Below are positions 1-18,394 of a stretch of 64,000 nt of DNA, one piece after another. Source of the DNA: Tubulanus polymorphus. Lineage: Eukaryota; Animalia; Nemertea. Numbering within the stretch: the first letter of the stretch is position 1; every line of letters begins with the position of its first letter. The position numbers were made by a program, and so were the translations under genes. The notes under the pieces are model-generated. The model did no database searches. It had not been told where the DNA came from and saw nothing but the letters and a program-made list of their open reading frames with translations. The stretch lies in assembly GCF_964204645.1 (NCBI RefSeq), contig NC_134036.1, forward strand, positions 6,416,600 to 6,480,599, written 5' to 3'.

Positions 1-305
1 ATTGATTTGAAGAAGAAAATTGAACGCGACAAACTATCTACTAGCGAACCTAACGCATCCTCGCCTGCCATATGCGGAATCCTCGATTACCACATTAGCA
101 CACTGCGGCTACCCCATTGATTCTAATCAGTATATGAGCATGTAATATTATCTATGAGATCTAATTCGTTGAATTAATTCGTTCGATAATCATCTACTTA
201 ATCGATAAATAACTACTAAATGTGAACTGATAATTACAAATTTTAATCAATGCGTATAATTCGTGGAATCGTACGAAATCGTGTATTGCATTCCCGGTTA
301 CTTAC

Positions 306-381
306 GCGCGTCTACAATGGCCACGGCACTGACGACAATCACAGCAACAGCACACATTCGAGTCATTAAATGAGCCAGCAT
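306..381 (-). pseudogene. Signal-peptide exon of a small secreted-peptide gene (paralog of the knottin gene); downstream exon appears degenerate
   Basis: ttctag acceptor, then GCGCGAAAATG, MLAHLMTRMCAVAVIVVSAVAIVDA, phase-1 GTAAGT donor; similar to the exon at 5267. Candidate next exon 122-34 has an in-frame TAG. Confidence 0.55.
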
Positions 382-1827
382 TTTCGCGCCTAGAATTTTA
401 CTAAAATATTTGAAGCCATGGAAATTACAATATCCGTGATAAGACGATGAGCAAAAATCCCACAATGAATCAAAAAAGTTTATTTCAAAATTATAAATAT
501 TCCGGGTGATTGCCACCACCGATCTTCAGTCTAAAAAAATAATTTAAAAATTACCACTCGGAATATTTCTAATTTCAAATAAGCTTTTTAGATTCATTCA
601 TATATTGTGGGATTTTAACTCATGAATGATATCTATTAGCAATCACAAATTCTGATTATGCAAAAACTTTCAACGGGCTCTCAGTTAATGAACATTTTGT
701 CAGGTAATGTACCAGGTTTAGAAAAATGCAGCTCTCTGCATATAACGGGTTTTCTGTATTTCTGGTTTGAATGCTGTTCCATAAGTTCATTCTTTTTTAA
801 TCTATTGTATCGTATCGTCCTTGCAATCAAAAGGAAAGTACGTTGAAGCCCAAATTTATAGGGTGCATATATAAATGAAGGTTCCAGCGAGAAACATCAA
901 ACTAAAAGGTAAAGAAGAAATCTCGCTGATATCCGTAACCGTTTGTTCACATAGAATAATCGCGGCTCGTTGTCGAAAATTCAAATGAAATGAAATGATA
1001 AAGAAATGTTAAAGAAATGATAAAGAGCTAAATTTCTGATAAGGCATCGCATTGACTGGAACGGGAACGGTGTTTTCACTCTCCGCATCCTCGTTTAGAC
1101 CCTATCTTAATCCAAATACCATCCGAAATTGACAAAATCAGGACTCGCCATATTTTAGACAAGCGTCGCTAGAATCTATTCTTTGTATGAAATTGATGAA
1201 ATAATTAATCTGCGTTTTTATGTATTTTGTTTAATTCTATTTCTTATTTCAACATTTGATCGTGAAAAATATAGATTTGAATTACCGGTATTTTATCGAC
1301 GGACCTACCTCAGTCGCTTGTTCTGACGTATTCAACTTTTCGAATCGAAAATGTCTCGTTTTCCCGAGCTAGCACAGTCGACGAATGAATAAAACACATC
1401 GCGCGTAAAATAGTATACGTGTTGAAATAGAAATCGAAATTATACAGATATACTACACACAGCTCGATATAGATTGAAACTCGCGTCGATGTGTTTGTTC
1501 AATCGATACGCACCCGGCTCTTCAAAATCGATCCACGCGCATCACCATCTCACTTCACAATGATCCATGAGTATAATGTTTCGAACTTACGGGATATCAT
1601 TATGTATATTTAAATCAGCTGTCGCCTTTCATAATTTATGAATATCAATTTTTCATATGCTGTTTGAGTATTTTCGCTCGTGTGCGGTGAATACCTACAC
1701 AGAACGCATCATTCTGACTAGAAACAGGTCTTAAATTGCGATTGAAAGTGACTATTGAATCCGATCGATATTTTTGATTGGAGGTTTCCTACGCGTGTTT
1801 TGTCGACCACTATGTGCGGTCCCGACT

Positions 1828-2135
1828 ACCGTCCTCCCCAGGTAGGGATTCGAACCTGATGGCGTCGCTACACTCGGCCACGGCACGAACCCCTGCCACA
1901 ATAGAACGAATGCGGCACCGATCAGATTGTTCGTTGTATAATCACTAAAGCAAAGTTCACGGAAGAACTATCGATCGGAAAACCCGGACTAAATTGAATA
2001 AAACGGGTTTTCTAATTGGCTAATATTGTAATCATCTAAGCTGCGTGTGCATCTGTACACTCGGTCTAGTCTGGCAGGGTTTCGTACCGCGGCAATCTCG
2101 ATGCCATCATGTTCGAATCCCTGCTGGGGGAGGAT
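1828..2135. mobile_element. Inverted (head-to-head) pair of tRNA-derived SINE-like sequences
   Basis: gggattcgaacc near 1845 (B-box on minus) and gttcgaatccc near 2111 (B-box on plus); about 1828-1915 is an imperfect reverse complement of about 2058-2135. Duplicated at about 19860-20170. Confidence 0.45.
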
Positions 2136-3756
2136 GCTGACTGCCGAGTAACTATCGTAGACCTCAGTAATGACATCATGTGCAAATGCATCGTGTACAG
2201 TGGTCACGCTATTGTGTCATATTGACCGTCATCTGGTCATAGATGACTAATTTCGCCCGAGTGTACTGGTCTGCAAAGTCTTGGAGAAATGATTCTGCCT
2301 GAATGAGATCCGTCTTGTTAACTTCTCCGGTGTATATAGTTGAAAGAACTGCTAAAACTGAATCGTTTGCTTTTATTTGATTAACTGATTTGCATATATT
2401 TGCATATATTATATATTCATCATAGTCAGTCAGTAACCTGACTGTGATTTAGTTTTATAATCGCATATTTCCCAAAACCACCGCGAGTAATCCGATTGTA
2501 AACCCAATTTTCACCAACGATTAGCAACACCTTGCCTGGTTACATTTGCCGCTGCAACACTCAGCATCGTGGGCGCAAAGTCCCAAGTTTGTGCAACCTA
2601 TATTTTATAATAGAAACAATAAATTCAAATAGAATTTTGATGTGAAACAGAGCTCTTACTTAAAAGCGAAGAAATAATTGACTCGCTATCGTTCGAGTCT
2701 ATACGTTCATTCGTTAAACAAATACTCAATGTTAACTGATGAATGCAAATTTGTGTATTTTATGCAAGACATCCAATGGCATTCTTATCACAGCGATAGA
2801 TCTAAATCTAGAAGTACATAGAATATAAACAGGTGGTTTGCAGGCCCGTGTCGAGCTTTTCTGAGGGGCACGTCTATTTCAAGAAAAACGTTTTTCCCTG
2901 CAAAGTGCCACCTAACAGTTAAAAAGGACAAAAAACGCTTTTCATCTTCCAAAAAAAAAACACTTGAAAATTGTATCAAAAATTTGCAAAATCTTGACCC
3001 AAATTGTTTTTACACTGACTTTGAAGAGCACTTTGAAAATTTAAGGGGGTTCGTTCGCTTCCCCCGGACCCTAAACCAAATTAAGTAAATGAAAGAAGTG
3101 ACAGGAAGGATAAGCCTACACTGTCCCTACTGATCCCTTACCTTAATTTCTTCCCATTCTTAAAAAAACCCAAAAAACATCCTCCCAACGACTCGCATAA
3201 TTAGTAGACATTTGCATCTCATTAGTTGAGACTAACGTTTGCCGAAAATCTAACTTAATATGATGAGAAAGATGAAATTTTACTTCTGTCGTCTTTCTGA
3301 TGTGATATATGCTGCATGTTAAAGTGTATATCGCTTTATCGATGGACAATCAACGGCCGATTACGAATGATGTGGATTTGAGTATTTCTTGAGCATAACA
3401 GCTTTTCTTGCCTTAGTCGCTTCGTTCAACGTAGCTTTTTCAACGTTCGAATAGAGAATATCTCGTTTTCTCGAGTCAGGATCCGTCGACGAATGAATAT
3501 AACACATATGATGAAGCGATCATTTATACGTTCTTAAGACATATTCAAACAAATTCCAACATTTGCACAGCTTAATATTAGTTACCCCACTAATGTTTGA
3601 TGATTCTTGCAAGCTGAATCGATGCGAAACCGAAAACTTTCAAAATCGATCCTCGCTCATCACTATTTTCTCACACTAACCATGCGTATATTTCTTTTTG
3701 TCATTCGGTCTCGCGGGAAATAATACTTTTCATATATTAACCTGTCATATGTAGCC

Positions 3757-3940
3757 AGCATCACCATCATCGCCTTCATTGTCACCACCACCTTCTCCAG
3801 CATCACCATCATCACCTTCTCCAGCATCACCATCATCGCCTTCATTGTCACCACCACCTTCTCCAGCATCACCATCATCACCTTCTCCAGCATCACCACC
3901 GCAATCATCACATCAACTTCCCCAGCATCACCATCATCAC
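3757..3940. repeat. CAT/CAC-rich low-complexity tandem repeat, about 63-bp unit
   Basis: Repeated ccagcatcaccatcatcgccttcattgtcaccaccaccttct; produces the spurious SPPPSPAS and VMLEKV ORFs. Confidence 0.9.
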
Positions 3941-4949
3941 AAATCAATTGACTATCAATTCGAACTACGTCATCATCGTCGTCATAACATCCACCATCAC
4001 ACACTCATTATCATAATCACTCCCTCCGCCATCTCCACCATCCCAACCTCCACCTATTGAGCGAGTCATCTAGTCATCCAATCGTCCGGTTAATCAGTCG
4101 GCTACGAATCTACTTTTTAATCGGATTCTACGCCTGGGTCGAAGAAAACTACTCACAGAAGTGATCTTAATGGATGGTGCAGCAAAGCGCGTGAAATTCA
4201 CAAATTCTCACAAATCCAGCGACGTTTTTTTTTCTTGAGCAGACCATACGCACCTTTCGAAACTAGTTCATTAATGTAAATTTCACTCTCATCCCTAACT
4301 AATCTCTTTGCCCCCGCCTCAAATCGAATGTACTTACACCATTAATTTATATAATTCAGCAAAAAACATATGTTTTTAGAGTGTAAGGGTGTCGTACAAG
4401 CTCGATTATTAAACCGCGAGCTTCAATTATGTATATTATATCAACAAGCAGCTGACTTATTCCTATTCATTTTGTCTAACCAATAAAGCGCTTGATGTAT
4501 AACCACCTGCTGCAATAACGTTTCGAGTTCCTGAAATTTGCGACCGAAAAATAATCATCGTGAATAGAAAAAGCAAACACTCTACTACACGTTGTTCTAA
4601 ACGTCCCGTTCCTATAGGCGTTCTAACGAATACTTTACAACTAACAGCGGCAGTTGTGGGCAGGACGTACGAATCGAGTATAGGTAAAGTAAGTATGAAT
4701 GCAATAGAATAGAAAGGATGCGATACGTTTAACATACATCAATACCTAGATTATGAATCTATACAAAACGAGGTTTCACAGTCGAATCGGTTAATATAAT
4801 ATGCGACAGGGACCAGTTGCTCAAAGGTTGGTTGAAGCTTTCGAGTTAATAGGTGACATAGAGACAATCAAAAGTTCATTATTGTTATGACAATATTCGT
4901 AGAGTAGCCGTGTTAACCAGGTTTAAAATACGTATAGGTTACTGTATAA

Positions 4950-5091
4950 TACTGTATAGGTTAACTGTTTATTTGACGCATGAGCTTTCGTTTCTAATGA
5001 ATAGAAGCTTCATCACTCATTCACCTGATGAAGCTTTTATACATCAGTAGCGAAAGCTCGTGCGTCAAATAAATAGTTAACCTATACAGTA
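4950..5091. mobile_element. Long inverted repeat with a minimal type I hammerhead-ribozyme-like motif (Penelope-like pLTR remnant)
   Basis: Arms of about 65 bp; cac-CTGATGA-AGCT...AGC-GAAA-GCTC-gtg at 5022-5062. Confidence 0.6.
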
Positions 5092-5266
5092 CTACTCGTC
5101 TCGTTACTTATTATTATTATGGTATTCTATCCGGCGGTTATCTTCGAGCATGTTTTTAACGTGTAGCCCCTGGTTTGTTTCATACAAGACGAATTATTTC
5201 GTTCATATTCAAGTTCGGTTGATGGGTAATATCGATGTTCTCCGTTTCTAGTTCGATTTCTAGGCG

Positions 5267-5945
5267 ATGAAAATGCTTGCTTATCTATTAACTCGCGTAT
5301 ATGCGATCGTCGCGATTGTGGTCACTGTTGCGTCATTTGCGGAGGCATGGGGTGAGTGGTCACGACTGAGAATTTATTACAGAAATTTCCATCGGATTCA
5401 TCGGAGGAAACAACCTAAAAAAATTCAGATAGACGTTTCAAACCCATCGAAATTTAGCGAAAAGTTTCCAAATATTTAATGCAGACATTTTTGCACGGCA
5501 TTTTACTGAGTAATTTTTCATAGAAATATATCACGATCAAGTGATTAGATTTACGTATTCCAAATTATAAAAATCCTCTAAATAACCTCTCATTTGTTCC
5601 CGAATATTTTCTAAATAAGGCATTCACTTTTGGGCCACGGTAAAATAAAAAGCCGGCTCTGATTAATGCGAATTTAGTCGGGGGATTGAAATGGGATAAA
5701 TGCTTTGCGTGCGGGCGTCTATCAACCCTCAATGCTAACATATCGCTCACTCGTCTAAATGGATCTACCTGAACCCGGGCTTAATAATAGAATTTTGTAA
5801 AACACTGTTGTTTTTGAATGTAAATTTCGTTTCTTTTGGTCATATTTTAGCTTGCGGCTCCATAGGCCAATCGTGTAAGGCTTCCATCGAATGCTGCGAC
5901 CCTAACCCTTGTCAAAACTCGGTGTGTACACCGTACGCGGGCTAA
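5267..5945 (+). CDS. Secreted inhibitor-cystine-knot (knottin) toxin-like peptide precursor, 59 aa; join(5267..5351,5851..5945)
   Basis: GTGAGT donor at 5352 and ttttag acceptor at 5850 (phase 1) give MKMLAYLLTRVYAIVAIVVTVASFAEAWACGSIGQSCKASIECCDPNPCQNSVCTPYAG*; C-X6-C-X5-CC-X4-C-X4-C; several AATAAA near 6110-6130. Confidence 0.85.
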
Positions 5946-8047
5946 TCGCAGATAGTAAGCTGGTGTAATCGGATGGATCGATTCGTGGTGATTGTCGAAA
6001 TATCCGATTATGAAACTGAACCGCAGTCACGATACCGACTGACTATGAAAAAGCTCGAATTGAATCTATATTTTAACTGCGTAGTAAGATCTAGTCTTAT
6101 AATCAAATTCAATAAAATGAAAATAAATAAATCAATATGAGAATGTTATAAAGTTATCAATGAAGCGCCATATCAGTCATCGATATTGTAGATCCACGTT
6201 TTTACTTAAACTCGAAAAGCACGACGTAATAGTCCGATGCAGCTATATGGTCCAAACACATTGCACACGTGACGATGTTCGGTGTCGTTGCTGCTCTGTA
6301 TATTTGGGAATACATAAAAAGGTGTTTAAACAAGAGACGAGTGTAAACCAGTAGAGTGTGTTCCACCGTGTCATTAAATGTCCCCTTTTCCCCCGAAACA
6401 TCCGCACTAAATTCTTAAACCATTTTTCAGAACTAGGCAAAGTGCGCTCAAATTTACCCTAACTAATGAAAACTAAAGGGAAACAACTTTCTCAATTCAT
6501 CAAAACTGCTTCCAAATACGTTTAAGCCATCTTTGTATATGTCGTTGTATAATTGATTCTGTATGTATTTTCTATGTGTGTGTGTTAAGTGCGTCTGGTT
6601 ATGTTAATCATTTGTTAATTTTCTGTTTATACGTGAAGCGCATTATTCATTGTTTTTTTCTTCATTTCGATTTTGTTTTTTCGCTCTAAGCAATTGTATT
6701 TTTGTCGAGCAATAAAACATATTCTATTCACCCATAATATAAAATTTAAAAAAAAAACAATTTTGTTCAGGCGTGTCGGGAGGATTACGTACTTCCACCC
6801 ATTTTCAGCGATTTATTTGAAAATGAGATACGAAAAAAATATGGTTATAATCGGTTTTTTTTTAAATTTATATCGTTAGTGAACCAACTATAATCCAGAC
6901 CTAAAATACTTTCAACTATCTACGAGTGTAAACCAATTTGGATCATCTTAGATTGTATGGTCTGATCAGTGAGGTCTGATATGTGTGGATATGGCTTTTT
7001 GATGCGTTATCTCAACACGTAACAGCCATTAAAAGGCGCGAGATACAGTCACGTGTAATAAATAAATTCCAACAACAAATATCATTAAATAAAACATTCG
7101 AAATTTTTTATGACAACGTTTTGCATAAAACTACAATATACAAACTATCTATAATGTATACACTACGGCGGGGGTTCGGGTTCCTGCTGAGCCAGGTTGG
7201 GCGTGTCTACTGAGCTAGAGTTTCGCGTAGGATAAATATTTACAATACAGTATTAGCTTAATCTGTAAATTCAGGAGTATACCACTGACCAGGGCCTATA
7301 CTTTGAGGACAAAATAATCACTAGGATGCATCATTCACAGTCCATCGAAGTGTATCGTATACACACTTTTATCTCACTTCGTATTCTGTATCACAACGAT
7401 AATGATGATTAATACATTTCCTAAAGAAAAGTGAACGTTGCATGTTTCGATACTGCGGCATAGGAACAACAATTACCACGAATTTTTCATTATTAATGAA
7501 AAATAAGTCATCTTGCCGGATAGACACATAACAGTTGGACAATTTATTTCGGTTGGCATCGTGGGTTGTGGATGTGGGTGCCTGACCTGAATGACAACGA
7601 TTGAATGTCGTGTCTATAGGAGTGACGGCTATCCGACCTGATAAGTTTTACTTCACGCAATTATCATTGACATATTAATTAATGATATATCAAACAATAG
7701 ATCGACTCGAGATTATTGAACGTGAATAAAACGGTGAAAGTCGAACGGAATACTTATCGCAGTGATATTTAGTGCTGAGCCTATTACTATAAAACTGAGC
7801 GAATTTGGACAAATGACAATATTTTCACACAAATCATATCGCGCGGGGAGGGTATTTTGACAATGGTAACCCAATATTGCATAATTCATTAAAAAAAAAC
7901 GATAGGCTAGCTGTAATGCCCCTTAGGGCTCTTGTTTATGCCCTAAAATCAATTATCCCCATCAGAAAATGCTTTCAGAAATTAGAAAACAACGTTTTGA
8001 CTGGCAATATATTCTAATTACCCTGCGCTGGGTAAAACTGGATGAAT

Positions 8048-14633
<6,586 letters not shown>

Positions 14634-15766
14634 CACTGCGACAGAATGAACGATATTCGTCAAGTTTCAAAAAATGCGTTTATTGGTCGGATCAAGATCC
14701 GTTCTCATCCAATCAGAAAAAGTCACTCCGCCGAATTGAAAATTCTTGAAATATTTTCAGAAAAAAATACGCACGTTTGAAATTCAACCAAAGAAAAAAA
14801 TGTTGCAACGGCATACAGAATTCCATCTTTTCATTTTTCGCAATTTCGTATTCTTATGTTTGATTCGTTCGAATATTATATTTCTCATTATTATATGTTG
14901 TGTTCGTAAAGTCGTTATGCGTCATACTCTCAAAACAACGATGCCCAGTTGTATAGACTAGTTCAAACTTTAACCGGGGGCTAACTTGATTCATTTTCAA
15001 TTGAGTTAGCCCCCGGGTTAAAGGTAATACCAGTCTATAAAACCGGGCCCAGAGTTTACCTGAGCAGAAAAAACACATTGTGGTTCGATTCACCGATTCG
15101 ATTCACCGATTCCGTAGACCTTTACCCACAAATCTGTAGATAAATTCTAACTCTATTTCTTCATATTTATTGCGAACGTTATGTGTATTCTCAAAACTCA
15201 GTCGCCGATATTCGAATAAAAATGAATTTCTTTTTCATTCCAATTCTAATCAATTTCGAGTCTAGAACTGCGTATACTGGGAACGGTTTTTTTTGTCTCG
15301 AAAAATCCATCGATATCGAGACCGCTGCTGATTTGACTAACATTCAGATTATGAAACGTTAATCAAACTCGATATCATTTAACGCTAATCTCTGAGCCTT
15401 ATCGAGTCTCGTTAGAGCCTCTTACAAGCGATTTGGATTTGAAAATCTAGCGCATACCATATATTGTATGTGTGTTGAGAAATCTCCCTAAGCGTCGCGT
15501 ATTAAGGGTTTGATCCCCTTTTCGTCTCATAGGAATTTATTCAAACAAATTACTGTGTGTTATCTGAATGGTCCACAAACATCGATATCGAATTTTAAAA
15601 TTCGGACAGAATTCACGACAGATTAAAAATTTCGCAATGACAAATATAATTAGTTTAGATTGACGAACTTACGCCTTGTGATAGAAAAAAAAACAAAACA
15701 AATACAATTACAATATTCGTTTGAAAAATAAAGATTTCTCGTCGACAAAATCTGGAGATTCCATTG

Positions 15767-15917
15767 GGCCTAGCTGCACAGTCGTGAGTTAAGGCTGAAA
15801 GTGGTCTTACATCTTTAACAAGGAACGAGTTTATACTGGACTTTAGTTGTTAGATTGGGCATCAAGTTGGACTGAGACTGGTCTTAGATCTAAGGCATGG
15901 CTCCTGCAACAGACCCC
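15767..15917. mobile_element. MITE-like element
   Basis: Imperfect terminal inverted repeats gggcctagctgca / tgcaacagaccc; related to the 43178 family. Confidence 0.5.
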
Positions 15918-18318
15918 TCAATTCAAACTGCATCGCAGACTAAGATAGATTATAGCCGAACAAATGCGTTCGTATTCGCAACATCTTGCTTATATCAGCA
16001 TTTCTAGAATTCTAGAATTTCTAGAGAGCGGGAGAGAGAGAGATACCGAATAGATATTACAGCGAGGCGTATATAAGTTAAACGCCTCGAGGCAGTTACT
16101 GTAAAAACGGTCTAAACTTTCTGTACACGACAGCGGATTTCAGCATGTATCATGTATCCGTCTAGATCAAAGATATATTTACACTGATTTCGTGCGCCGC
16201 TTGAAAAACAGCGAATAACTAATTTATAAATCACAATTACACAAACCTTAAGTCTTATGATATAGGAAAAACCTTGAAAAAAAAACCTAAATTAGTAGAT
16301 TACAAAGTTTAAGGAATGTGCAACGATTTTCATGTTTGCCGCGAATGTGGAAAAATCGATTGGATTCATCGATGTATTTTGAGGAGCGATAAAGTTTTAT
16401 TTCTATCAGGGAAAACTTTTGAGACGATAGTGTCAGTATTCGGTTGATTAGTGATTAGATTCATTAGATTCGAAGATTTTAGACTAGCTCATTGCGTGCG
16501 ATTCTTATTCTTTCTCGTTTAAGGGAAGCAACCTGGAATTAAATCGTTTTTGTAAAATTATTTGATGATGGATATGGTTGTACGCAAGTAATATGTACAT
16601 GTTCATTCTACTTATTTCTAGCTTTGCTGCGCGCTGTTTATTGAGTAAAACGGTTCCAATAAAATATCTGAAATTGATCCTGGTGTTATGGGTAGATCCC
16701 GCTAAGTGTCGTAATAAGTTGGTCAGCATTCTTCCAAACCAGGACCTAAAACGACGCGATGCAATGTAAAAAGCCAAAAAACGCAATGTTAAATGTAATA
16801 AAATATCAGAAATATTTCTGGTAGTTTCTACCACCCTAGTATTTCGATAATATTGTTCAATTAGGATCCGTTAAATCTACATAAACTATTTCTGATTTGG
16901 AATAAACGTCACTCACGATTATGCTCGAATAAACCAAACAGGATACAAATGTTCAAGTAGCACGGTGTCAGATATTAATTGTCATAATATGAAATCAAAT
17001 CATACTTATGTCGAGCATTTGGCGCGGTTAGGATTGTAGGTTTAGAGCGCTGCGATTCGTACAGCGAGTGTAAGGCACGTGGATTGCGTTTACAAACACA
17101 GAGGACAGCGTGCGCACTGTAGCAAAAGATGGCGGAAACTTTCTTGTGAACATATTTCGTCGAAGTAACGATTTAAAGGAGGAACTAGAAATGACCGTGA
17201 GTGCTCGCAAGCCGCGGACGAAACGGCGTATCCTATTGATCTGACATTTTTTAACTTCGAGTTCACTTCGATTTGTTTACTCGCAGTTTTATTGAATCTA
17301 ATTATGACACGAGATTTGACGTCGGAGTTACACATATGAATTCAATTCGAGTTAAGCTTTTTCTCAACGTGCAAAACCTTTTCAGTCAGTAGGTAACCTG
17401 CCGACTGTGGTTATTTTCATAATGGGATATTACCCGAACAACCGCAAATTCATATCCCATTATATAGGCCCTTATCGCCATAACGATTAGCTACAAAATC
17501 CGGCTCTGCATTTTTTGTCGCAACAGTCAGAGCTATAGTAACAACTATCTGCTTTTTTCATGCAACGTCGAGTCCCTGAAAGTACGAAATTGAAAATGGA
17601 ATTTTTAAGTGAAACAAGCTTTTCTTACTTAAGTGAATGTATGATTCCGAACCCAGAGCATATATATAACCGGTAATGATCCCGACGATTGGGATCTTAG
17701 AAGCCACTCATTGTTGTCGATCATTTAGACGAACGAATGTATTTAAGAGTTGCATGTTCATAAGATCATTATTTCAGGTCAATTGAATGGACTACCCACA
17801 AAACCAGCTATCCCGTCAGATGGCGTGATGAGCAGTAGATCGTTCGTTGTCAATATTACTTCATTTTCGATTAACTTTGAAATGGATTGTAAGACTCCCG
17901 AATCCATGTATTATCACAGGACTCGCCAAATATGAAATACTTTCATTCTTATTGTGAGATTTGGAGATAATCTTCAGAGATAATTGATTCAAGAGAAGAG
18001 TTCATTCAGATTTAATTGAATTCAAAAAGAAAATTGAACGTGGAAGACAAACTATCTACTAGCGAACCTAACAGATCCTCGCCTGCCATACGTGGAATCC
18101 TCGATTACCAAATTAGCACACTGCGGCTACCCCATTCATTCTAATCAGAATATGAGCATGTAATATGATCTATGGGATGTAATTCATTCAATTAATTCGT
18201 TCGATAACCATCTACTTAATCAATAAATAACTACTAAATGTGAACTGATAATTGCCATTTTAATTCATGTTATTCGTGGAATCGTACGAAATCGTGTATT
18301 GTATTCCCGGTTACTTAC

Positions 18319-18394
18319 GCGCGTCTACAATGGCCACGGCACTGACCAAAATCACCGCAACAGCACACACACGAGTCATTAAATGAGCCAGCAT
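18319..18394 (-). pseudogene. Signal-peptide exon, duplicate of 306-381
   Basis: MLAHLMTRVCAVAVILVSAVAIVDA with phase-1 GTAAGT donor; candidate next exon begins with a stop. Confidence 0.5.

Noticed and set aside
3663-4060. Pro/Ser/His-rich and VMLEKV ORFs (also 21711-22174)
   Set aside because: Translations of a CAT/CAC low-complexity repeat.
6160-6354. Cys-rich ORF (HCTRDDVRCRCC) downstream of the knottin
   Set aside because: No signal peptide or convincing acceptor, ends differ between duplicates, and it lies past the poly(A) signals.
7507-7590. Short frame ending VGIVGCGCGCLT
   Set aside because: No start or clear splice partner; upstream stop in copy 1.
14634-14663. ORF-track starts at 14663, 32162 and 60458 for the receptors
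   Set aside because: 14663 and 32162 are TTG starts and 60458 is not ATG; the ATG shared by all copies begins MLFGMEQ.
16578-17170. Hydrophobic short ORF plus Cys-containing frames near 17010-17165 as another toxin gene
   Set aside because: No consistent spliced frame or cysteine framework could be built.
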